Source: Capsulimonadaceae bacterium (GTDB lineage: Bacteria > Armatimonadota > Armatimonadia > Armatimonadales > Capsulimonadaceae). From it: a DNA stretch of 24,067 bases. The notes under the pieces were generated by a model. That model did not search any database. It saw nothing but the letters and a program-made list of their open reading frames with translations, and was not told where the DNA came from. A program made the translations under genes and the position numbers. Location of the stretch: the NCBI GenBank assembly GCA_036504535.1, contig DASXUY010000059.1:1-24067 (forward strand), given 5' to 3'. Positions 8,667 through 15,968 of the stretch are shown one piece after another. Position 1 is the first letter of the stretch. Every line of letters starts with the position of its first letter.

Positions 8667-10238
8667 TTACCTACTGTTAAGCCTCTGTGTTCGTATCAAC
8701 GCGATCTTGTCTGGAATACCAAAGCAATACTCGTCTTTCGTCACAGCAAGTTTTTCAATACGTTCTAGATCAGATTCGGTAAAGTAATTCGGACAGTACT
8801 GTAGCAATCCACTTAACAGCATGAGTACGTTGCTCAGACCAAACATCCGGTCGTCGCCTGCAGGCAGCGCTGAGCTAGCCTTCTCAAGCGCTTCACCCAA
8901 GAAGCCGAGCCTCATAAGTACGGTAACGATGAAATACGATATTCCTAAATATCCGTTCGCCGGGTTTAGCCTCTCCAGTAGAATAGCAACAATGCGGAGT
9001 TTGTCTGCGGATGACGATATTCGATTATAATACGCAACGAGACCCTCCACATTTTCAGATACTATGGTTGCTTCTTCCGCCGGGCAGCCCGCATTTGGCC
9101 GTGGCGGCGGAGTGATGGCGCCGCGTCCCAACACTGTGCGTCCTCCCTGGACCACGGAAATGCTTCCGAGTCCCCCAACTCGACGTCCGCAGCGCCTATA
9201 GTGATCTGCTTCCACTTTGAGAAAAGATACGACATCTCGTTCGACAGGATCGGCTATCGAATATAGGAACTCTTCAGGTTCTTTCTTAGCCTTGGGAGAG
9301 TCGAATGATCGGGACCTGAACGATACTCTTTTTAGGACATGCTTGTTTCCAAACTGGTCAAAGAGGATTACGGCATGAGCAATAAAGTGTGAATTAGCGT
9401 CTATTACTGGTGGCAGCAGCCAGAAATTAACTGAAACAGTCCGTGACTGTCCTGCGGGTATATCAAAAGTGCCCAAGATGGAATCCGATGCGTCCCCGCC
9501 AACCATTACGACGCCGACTTCGCGCTTAGTCCCCAAGAAACCGTGCGCAAGCACTGCCTTCGTTATCCTGATTGAATAGCTCGACACATTAGTCGCAAGT
9601 ACGAGCCCAGCGATTTGCATAGCAGGTCGATCGATGTTACCGCCCAAATGCCACCAGCACGAACCTAACGGCTTTTCGGCAAGTCGCAGGGTACAGGCGG
9701 GAACGGCTGAGGATACGTCTCTATGGCGAGAATGCTGCTCGCGCTGATGGTTTAGGCTTGAAGCATTAGGAAAGCTGGCCTGTTTTGTACCAGCACTTAC
9801 GAATTGCGCCGATAGGCCATGGCGGCCGTCGTGTACCCGTTCCAAAATCTTTCGTGCCACCTCGTCCACACCAGCCCTTGAATTCACCGCCACAGCGTCT
9901 GCGAGAGGAGGTGAATACTTGAGTACATCTTCCTTTTCTACTCCGTGCCAGATTGGAAGGATTATTCGTTCACCATCAATCATCTCTCGCGCTACGAGGC
10001 CGTCCAATTCCCGACGAGTCCATTTCTTTGCAAAGAAATCTTTGCTTAAGACCACAATACCGAAACGTGACAGAGAAAGGCCGTTATCTATTGATTCCGA
10101 AAGACTATCTCCAATCCGCAGCGAGATCTCGTCGTACCAAACTGAAAGGTCCGCTTCTAGCAGCTTTTTCGCGAGCGGACGTACAAAGTCGTTCTTGTCT
10201 TCCCATGCATGGCTAATGAATGTGTCGTAGATTTTCAT
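8667..10238 (-). CDS. TIR-domain protein with an unassigned ~370-aa C-terminal region
   Basis: From ATG 10238 it reads MKIYDTFISHAWEDKNDFVRPLAKKLLEADLSVWYDEISLRIGDSL...GIVVLSKDFFAKKWTRRELDGLV, the bacterial TIR layout with the W-x3-E segment. The ORF-track start at 10316 is TTG. Hand-counted lines in the gene are 40-45 % GC. Confidence 0.85.
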   Translation of the reverse strand: MKIYDTFISHAWEDKNDFVRPLAKKLLEADLSVWYDEISLRIGDSLSESIDNGLSLSRFGIVVLSKDFFAKKWTRRELDGLVAREMIDGERIILPIWHGVEKEDVLKYSPPLADAVAVNSRAGVDEVARKILERVHDGRHGLSAQFVSAGTKQASFPNASSLNHQREQHSRHRDVSSAVPACTLRLAEKPLGSCWWHLGGNIDRPAMQIAGLVLATNVSSYSIRITKAVLAHGFLGTKREVGVVMVGGDASDSILGTFDIPAGQSRTVSVNFWLLPPVIDANSHFIAHAVILFDQFGNKHVLKRVSFRSRSFDSPKAKKEPEEFLYSIADPVERDVVSFLKVEADHYRRCGRRVGGLGSISVVQGGRTVLGRGAITPPPRPNAGCPAEEATIVSENVEGLVAYYNRISSSADKLRIVAILLERLNPANGYLGISYFIVTVLMRLGFLGEALEKASSALPAGDDRMFGLSNVLMLLSGLLQYCPNYFTESDLERIEKLAVTKDEYCFGIPDKIALIRTQRLNSR

Positions 10239-10556
10239 GTTCGCTAAGCTGCCCGTTTGGAATTTAAGCCTACAAAGGATGCCGCTTGTGTAAGCTGGAA
10301 GTTTAGAAGCGCTCAAATTGTGGTGGTGTGAAAGACTCGTGACAATCCAACGACAACCTCGACAAATATGTGCTCACATTGAAAGATTGTACTCGCCTTT
10401 ACAATACCCTCCAGATAATGGCTATGTTGCAACGCAAGCGTTGACTACCTTATCTCGGGAGCCCTACTCCGCTGAAGTAGCAATGGGAACTAATACAACG
10501 AAAAACATTACGCAAGTTCGTCATTATTATATATTTTGAAATTTAGTAGTAATTAG

Positions 10557-10585
10557 TTCACACTAAGATATAAACGTGCTATAAT
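10557..10585 (+). promoter_or_regulatory. Near-consensus sigma70-type promoter facing away from the TIR gene
   Basis: TTCACA (10557-10562), a 17-nt spacer, then TATAAT (10580-10585). A very AT-rich UP-like tract lies upstream (10501-10560, about 22 % GC). The -10 box sits inside the inverted repeat GTGCTAT-AATA-ATAGCAC (10576-10593). Confidence 0.4.
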
Positions 10586-10889
10586 AATAGCACAAGCGAA
10601 TCACCCAAAGCGGCCGCCTAAATGCGTTCAAACGCATCAGCACCTTTACAACCTGACACAACACGTTCGCACGCAGTCACAACCATACGCGGGGGTCGCG
10701 GAATAATCCGCAACTAGCAGCAGAGATAGCTGGACCGAACACCCGAGACGGTAACAACTCGTGACCAGCTTCCGCGCCAGTCCTATGGGTCGTAGACCCA
10801 ATCCTCAATAACTAGCCATGGCTTTCAAGCCGTGGTGGCTTCGTCATCGACTAATTACCAACACCTGGTCAAATCCGCCCAATCCGACC

Positions 10890-10929
10890 GTCGCGCAAAA
10901 CCGTAACCTAACCCACAATTTTGCGCGAC
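10890..10929. repeat. 11-bp perfect inverted repeat in the non-coding tract
   Basis: GTCGCGCAAAA (10890-10900) and TTTTGCGCGAC (10919-10929) are separated by 18 nt. The AATTTTGC motif recurs at 10917, 10951 and 11014, and the palindrome GTTGCAATTTTGCAAC lies at 11009-11024. Confidence 0.6.
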
Positions 10930-11065
10930 CTTTGCAGCCACTATTCGCCGAATTTTGCGCACTTTCGCCATCACCACGCTCAATACGCAATGCAAAAAAA
11001 CGAATCGTGTTGCAATTTTGCAACGCAATCAGCCACCAACTCACCCCGCGATTACAACTCTGACT

Positions 11066-11091
11066 CCCCTCTCCTTATCGTAGGAGAGGGG
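11066..11091. repeat. GC-rich hairpin CCCCTCTCC/GGAGAGGGG
   Basis: 9-bp stem (11066-11074 with 11083-11091), loop TTATCGTA, followed by CTGGGGGTGAGG. Confidence 0.5.
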
Positions 11092-11141
11092 CTGGGGGTG
11101 AGGTCATCGTCAACAACATCAAGCATTAGGTGAAGTACTCC

Positions 11142-11314
11142 CAAGCCCCCCGCCGCCCCTACAACGATCCAACGACACGTTGGCGCCGTCCGCGCAGGAC
11201 GCCCGCCCGGCGAGGGCATCTTCTCCTCCAAAACATCCCGCTCGCCTCGCCAAGAGGTGGTCGGACAACAGAGTCCCTGCTTGCGGGGGCGGTGAGCTTT
11301 GAGCGAGCGGGGGC
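11142..11314 (+). repeat. Intergenic repeat family, copy C
   Basis: Same 5' block as copy B and same 3' block as copy A. It ends at the mutS stop codon (CTA at 11315-11317). Hairpin GTCCCTGC-TT-GCGGGGGC at 11273-11290. Confidence 0.6.
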
Positions 11315-13963
11315 CTATTTCTCCCCGATCCGCCGCTTCATATCGTACAGCAGCGTCAGCGCCTCGATTGGGCTGAGCGTGGCCACATCTAGCTGCTCGA
11401 TCTCGTCGATCACGGGGTGACGCTCGGTCTCGAACAGCGTCAGCTGAAGCTTCTTCTTCGTGGACTGGATATCGACACCCTTCTTACCGCTCTGCTTGTC
11501 GCGAGCTTCGAGGCCCTTGAGGATCTCGGCGGCGCGCTGCAGGACCGTCTCCGGGAGGCCGGCGAGGCGGGCGACCTGCACACCATACGATTTGTCGGTG
11601 CCGCCGGGCATGATCTTGCGCAGCCAGACAATGTGGTCTCCCTGCTCTTTCACCGCGATCCGGTAGTTCTTGGCCCCGTCCAGCTGCTTTTCGAGATCGT
11701 TGAGCTGGTGGTAATGCGTCGCAAACAACGTTTTCGCGCCGATTGCGTGCAAGTATTCGGCAATGGCCCACGCGAGCGCGAGGCCGTCGAATGTGCTGGT
11801 GCCGCGACCGACTTCGTCGAGGACCACCAAGCTGCGGTCGGTAGCATTGTTAAGGATATTCGCGGTCTCGTTCATCTCGACCATGAATGTGGACTGGCCC
11901 GACGCTAAATCGTCCTGCGCCCCCACCCGCGTGAAGATGCGGTCCACGAGCCCAATCGTGGCGCTGTCGGCGGGGATGAACGAACCCATCTGGGCGAGCA
12001 GCACACACACCGCAACCTGACGCAAGTACGTAGACTTGCCTGCGGCGTTGGGGCCGGTGATGATATGCAGCCGCTCCTTGTCGCCGTCCATGGATGCGTC
12101 GTTCGGCACAAACATCGTGCCGGAGTGCAGCTGTTCGACCACCGGATGGCGCGCGTTCTTCAAGATCAGAATCTGGCTGTCGTCGATCACTGGCCGCGAG
12201 AAACGAAGTTGGATCGCCGTCTCCGCGAGGCCGGACAGCACGTCGATACGCGAAATGGCGGCGGCAAGCTTCAACAGCGCGCCGGACCAGCGTTCGGCAA
12301 TCAGTTCGCGAAGCTGAGTGAAGAGCCGGTATTCCAGTTCCACAATCCGCTCCTCGGCACCAAGCACCTGCGCTTCGTGCTCCTTGAGGGCGGGCGTGAT
12401 AAACCGTTCCGCGTTAGCCGTGGTCTGCTTGCGGATATAGTCGTCGGGCACCGCCGCGATATTGATCTTGCTGACCTCGATATAGTAGCCAAAGACGTTG
12501 TTGTAGCCAACCTTGAGGGTGCGAACTCCGGTACGCTCCCGCTCAGCCTCTTCGATCGCGGCGATAAACTGCTTTCCGCCCGACCGAAGCACGCGCAGCT
12601 CATCGAGATCGGCGTTGAACCCGTCCTTGATCAGCCCGCCGTCGCGCAGCACCAGCGGAGGATCGTCGGCGACGGCGCGGGTGAGCAGGTCCAGCAACTC
12701 CACGGGCGCGGCGGCGATATTGTCCCGCTCGGCAGACAGCGACGTCCCTTCGCGAAGCCGTCCCAGCGACGCAGTCAGCGCCCCGGCCTGCTCGATTGAG
12801 TTCCGCAGGGCGATCAGGTCCCGCGCATTGGCCGCCCCGGAGCAGACCCGCGCCGTGAGCCGCTCAAGGTCGGACACCCCGCGCAGCGCATCCCGCGTGT
12901 CACCGCGCAGCAGCGAGTCTGCGGCGAACTCGCCCACCGCATCGTGGCGCTCACGGATACTGTCGATACTCAGCAGCGGCTGGTCGAGCCACTTACGCAA
13001 GAGCCGTCCGCCCATCGATGTGATCGTCTTGTCGACGATATGAATCAAGCTCTTGGTGCGAGATCCGTCAAGCTGAGACTGCGTCAGCTCAAGGTTGCGG
13101 CGTGTGGCGGCATCGAGCACCATAAAATGCTCCGTCGAATACGCGCCCAGGGTCCGAATATGGGTCAATGCGCTCTGGTGGGTCGCCTTGACATAGTCAA
13201 GCAGCAGCGCTGCGGCATCCACCCCAGCGCTGAGGTCTTCGCACCCAAACCCGCGCAGCGATTGCGTGCCGAAATGGTCCAACAACTGCTGGCGGGTCGA
13301 TCGGCGCTGCTCTTTGAATGCGTGCAGCGTGACCACGGCGGAACAGTTGGCACGGATGCCGTCGATCAACGCAGGGTCGGCGTCGGGGCTCACCAGGCAC
13401 TCGGACGGCTGCAACCGTACTATCTCCTCGATCACCTTCTCGATCCCGCGATCGTAAGGTATCTCGGTGGTTAGGAACTCGCCGGTACTCACATCGACGA
13501 CGCCCACTCCGCTGGGGACCCGTTCACCGGTCACCGCGGCGACAAGGTAGTTGTTGCGACGCGCATCCAGCATCGCGTCCTCGACCACGGTGCCGGGGGT
13601 GAGGACACGGGTTACACGACGCTTCACCAGGCCCTTGGCGAGTTTCGGATCCTCCACCTGATCGCACAAAGCGACCTTGAACCCGCGCGTGATCAGCCGC
13701 GCGATATACCGCTCGACCGCATGGTACGGCACCCCCGCCATCGGGATTCGCCCACCATGCTGCTTGTCCTCGCGACCGGTGAGCGTGATCTCAAGCTCCC
13801 GCGAAACGATTTCGGCGTCGACACCATACGCCTCGAAGAAGTCGCCGACACGCATCAGCAGGATGATATCAGGGCGCTCCTCCTTGACCTCAAAATACTG
13901 CCGCATCAGCGGCGTAAGGGCATCGAGAGAGTACTGGGAGTTGTCGGTGGCGGGTTTGGTCAT
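11315..13963 (-). CDS. mutS: DNA mismatch repair protein MutS (canonical MutS1)
   Basis: 882 aa. It has the GDFFEAYG mismatch-recognition Phe-x-Glu motif, GPNAAGKST Walker A, STFMVEM, and DEVGRGTSTFDG Walker B. Confidence 0.95.
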   Translation of the reverse strand: MTKPATDNSQYSLDALTPLMRQYFEVKEERPDIILLMRVGDFFEAYGVDAEIVSRELEITLTGREDKQHGGRIPMAGVPYHAVERYIARLITRGFKVALCDQVEDPKLAKGLVKRRVTRVLTPGTVVEDAMLDARRNNYLVAAVTGERVPSGVGVVDVSTGEFLTTEIPYDRGIEKVIEEIVRLQPSECLVSPDADPALIDGIRANCSAVVTLHAFKEQRRSTRQQLLDHFGTQSLRGFGCEDLSAGVDAAALLLDYVKATHQSALTHIRTLGAYSTEHFMVLDAATRRNLELTQSQLDGSRTKSLIHIVDKTITSMGGRLLRKWLDQPLLSIDSIRERHDAVGEFAADSLLRGDTRDALRGVSDLERLTARVCSGAANARDLIALRNSIEQAGALTASLGRLREGTSLSAERDNIAAAPVELLDLLTRAVADDPPLVLRDGGLIKDGFNADLDELRVLRSGGKQFIAAIEEAERERTGVRTLKVGYNNVFGYYIEVSKINIAAVPDDYIRKQTTANAERFITPALKEHEAQVLGAEERIVELEYRLFTQLRELIAERWSGALLKLAAAISRIDVLSGLAETAIQLRFSRPVIDDSQILILKNARHPVVEQLHSGTMFVPNDASMDGDKERLHIITGPNAAGKSTYLRQVAVCVLLAQMGSFIPADSATIGLVDRIFTRVGAQDDLASGQSTFMVEMNETANILNNATDRSLVVLDEVGRGTSTFDGLALAWAIAEYLHAIGAKTLFATHYHQLNDLEKQLDGAKNYRIAVKEQGDHIVWLRKIMPGGTDKSYGVQVARLAGLPETVLQRAAEILKGLEARDKQSGKKGVDIQSTKKKLQLTLFETERHPVIDEIEQLDVATLSPIEALTLLYDMKRRIGEK

Positions 13964-14041
13964 GGAACTCGGGTAGTTGGGTCGTTAGCAAGAGTTAGAC
14001 TGTGCATTGGTCGCGACGGGAGGCGAACGCTACGCACCGAA

Positions 14042-14050
14042 ATTGTAGCA
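14042..14050 (-). promoter_or_regulatory. Possible extended -10 element upstream of mutS
   Basis: The minus strand reads TGCTACAAT (TGn + TACAAT) about 80 nt upstream of the mutS ATG. I see no good -35. Confidence 0.25.
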
Positions 14051-14093
14051 CATTCGGGCAGGTGAGGGAGGAAGGGATTCAGGAGCGCTCCGG

Positions 14094-14122
14094 GCCGCGC
14101 GGCCTATTTTGGACCGCGCGGC
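14094..14122. terminator. 9-bp GC hairpin between the paralog array and mutS
   Basis: GCCGCGCGG (14094-14102) pairs with CCGCGCGGC (14114-14122), loop CCTATTTTGGA. No U-run follows on the minus strand, so its role as a terminator is uncertain. Confidence 0.3.
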
Positions 14123-14175
14123 TAAGGTGGCGGTGGTCAGCGAAACGGCGTCGACACGCGGCGATGGGTTCGGTC

Positions 14176-14997
14176 TTAGCCGGGAGATGGCTTTTGGACA
14201 AGCTTCTTAAGCAGGGACTCGATTGTCGTGTTGAGGATATGGACGCCGCCATCATCGAGATCGTGACGCTGCCCATATGCCATAAAGGCGTCTCCGTCGA
14301 TCTCTTCCGTATCGATGTCACGCTCCGCCGTCATAGGTTCGCCAAGTAGCGTTACCCCGAGGGGCATCCGGTGCAGCCGCGTATACGCCATGCTGAAGTA
14401 ATCATTGGGCCACATGTCATCATCGTCCTCATCCGTGTCGCGGCTCGACATTAACCCTGAGTCGACGGGCCAGTCTCCTGGCGTCCAGAGGAGACGCTTC
14501 TTTTCCAGCTCGAATACATGGATGACGCCGACATCTTCGTCATAAGCGATGGCGACGACACGAGAAGGGGCATAGGTTTCGACGGTAGCATATCCGTCGT
14601 CGATATACTGCTGGTAGTTGGGCTTCGAGCGCGTTGATCGAAATTCGTTTTCTTCCCACGCGTGAAACGAACTGACGATGGTGGCAATGAGTGCCGGTAT
14701 AACTAAGAGAAGCGCCGCTCCCGCGAGGTTCCCATTGTGATCTGCGTGGGCAATGCCGTCGTAGATACCATAACCGCAGGCTACAGCAATCGCGGCCCAA
14801 ATTGCCGGTTTAATCCATAAGGCACGCGACGGCGGAGATGGAGGCGGCTGGTTTTGAAGGTCCTGCAGTGCCGCGATCTCGCGGTCAGTTAGCGGCCGCT
14901 CGTGCGTCGCGAACGGCGGCACATCGCCGGGTCGGACATGCGGCTGCTTGACGGGCGGCGGCGGCCAGTTCTCGTGGGTATATCCAGAAGCACTCAT
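14176..14997 (-). CDS. Paralog 1 of a Pro-rich two-TM protein family, function unknown
   Basis: Start chosen at ATG 14997 (MSASGYTHENWPPPPVKQPHVRPGDVPPFATHERPLTDREIAAL) because it aligns with the N-termini of paralogs 2 and 3. The track start at 15084 is GTG. It shares DDGYA..ETYAP.RVV, WPNDYFSMAYTRLHR and ILNTTIESLL with the other two. Confidence 0.7.
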   Translation of the reverse strand: MSASGYTHENWPPPPVKQPHVRPGDVPPFATHERPLTDREIAALQDLQNQPPPSPPSRALWIKPAIWAAIAVACGYGIYDGIAHADHNGNLAGAALLLVIPALIATIVSSFHAWEENEFRSTRSKPNYQQYIDDGYATVETYAPSRVVAIAYDEDVGVIHVFELEKKRLLWTPGDWPVDSGLMSSRDTDEDDDDMWPNDYFSMAYTRLHRMPLGVTLLGEPMTAERDIDTEEIDGDAFMAYGQRHDLDDGGVHILNTTIESLLKKLVQKPSPG

Positions 14998-15083
14998 GCC
15001 GATGATTTCGCCAGCGTTACGATATATTCCTTCAATGGACGGCAATTTGACTGTGTGGCTAGTGGACGTTATGGCCACCAGCA

Positions 15084-15884
15084 CTACTTACCCGGAGAGC
15101 TAGCGAAACTGGCGAGCAGATCGTCAATGGTGGTGTTCAGAATACGGAAGTCGTCTGGGTCACAATCATCACTCTGCAGAAAAGCCGTGAACTTGGCGTC
15201 GTCTATGACGGATTTATCAGTAGCGTCAACCAGGCGCTCAGGATCCATATAGTCTCCGTGCCGCGTCACTGACATAAACTTGCGGTGAAGCCTTGAATAG
15301 TTAACCGAAAAATAGGTGTTGGGCCAACACGAATAGTCATCGCAATCCTCCTCCACAATGCCATATTCAAAGCTGTCGGGCGGACAATAGAGCAGCAGCA
15401 TATCGTCGAGTTCGTAGAGTTGGATTGGGTAAACGTCAAAGCCTAGATTTCCGTCAATAGTGATGACGCGACGCGGAGCGTATGTCTCCTCTATGGCATA
15501 TCCATCATCCAAGATTGCCCGATTACGCTCACGGCGGGCGGAAAAGGCGGGGGAGTTGATTTCAGAAACTTCGTAGAAGCATTCCTGAGCGTTAACCGCG
15601 CCATAGACCGCAAATAAAACAGCTAAGGCTACTGAAGCTACCGATTTGCTAGGATCAAAATAGCATGCCACCACGGCGAAAAGTGCAATCAGCGCGAATA
15701 CTATGCCCTTAATGCCTAACTGCGATGTGAGAAAGGGTGGCGGAGGAGTGGATCTTTGTCGCCAAGCTGCGGCCTCCTCAGGCGTGAATGGCCGCTCGTT
15801 AGTCACTATTGGTGGCGCATCCGGTGGGCGAGGACGCGGTGCAATTTCTGGTTCCGCCGGCCCGTTGTATTGAGTCTCATCCAT
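15084..15884 (-). CDS. Paralog 2 of the Pro-rich two-TM protein family, function unknown
   Basis: MDETQYNGPAEPEIAPRPRPPDAPPIVTNERPFTPEEAAAW, then two hydrophobic segments (GIVFALIALFAVVACYF and VASVALAVLFAVYGAV). The C-terminal domain contains AILDDGYAIEETYAPRRV, LYELDD, WPNTYFSVNYSRLHR and ILNTTIDDLLASF. Confidence 0.8.
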   Translation of the reverse strand: MDETQYNGPAEPEIAPRPRPPDAPPIVTNERPFTPEEAAAWRQRSTPPPPFLTSQLGIKGIVFALIALFAVVACYFDPSKSVASVALAVLFAVYGAVNAQECFYEVSEINSPAFSARRERNRAILDDGYAIEETYAPRRVITIDGNLGFDVYPIQLYELDDMLLLYCPPDSFEYGIVEEDCDDYSCWPNTYFSVNYSRLHRKFMSVTRHGDYMDPERLVDATDKSVIDDAKFTAFLQSDDCDPDDFRILNTTIDDLLASFASSPGK

Positions 15885-15968
15885 GGGGACGATTACGACG
15901 TCGCGAGACGGATTCCTCCATCGGCTCCGACCTTAAGGGTCTTATTTGAGCTAAATTCAGCCGCCAGG

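Noticed and set aside
10680-10815. tRNA-like or att-site-like hairpins (GCGGA-ATAA-TCCGC; GGGTC-GTA-GACCC)
   Set aside because: There is no cloverleaf, no GTTCGAATC-type T-loop and no CCA-proximal acceptor pairing. No integrase gene is nearby.
10318-11063. Track ORFs 10318-10539 (+), 10818-11063 (+), 10844-11044 (-) and 10921-11133 (+) in the non-coding tract
   Set aside because: They have no ribosome-binding sites, odd composition (Trp/Cys/Arg/Asn-rich, low complexity) and no motifs, and they overlap each other on both strands. Treated as non-coding.
11315-13963. mutS as part of a novel system, given its position between the TIR islet and the paralog array
   Set aside because: It has full canonical MutS1 length and motifs, including the mismatch-binding Phe-x-Glu, and host-like GC. 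It looks like the core gene next to which accessory DNA has accumulated, not a MutS-like defence component.
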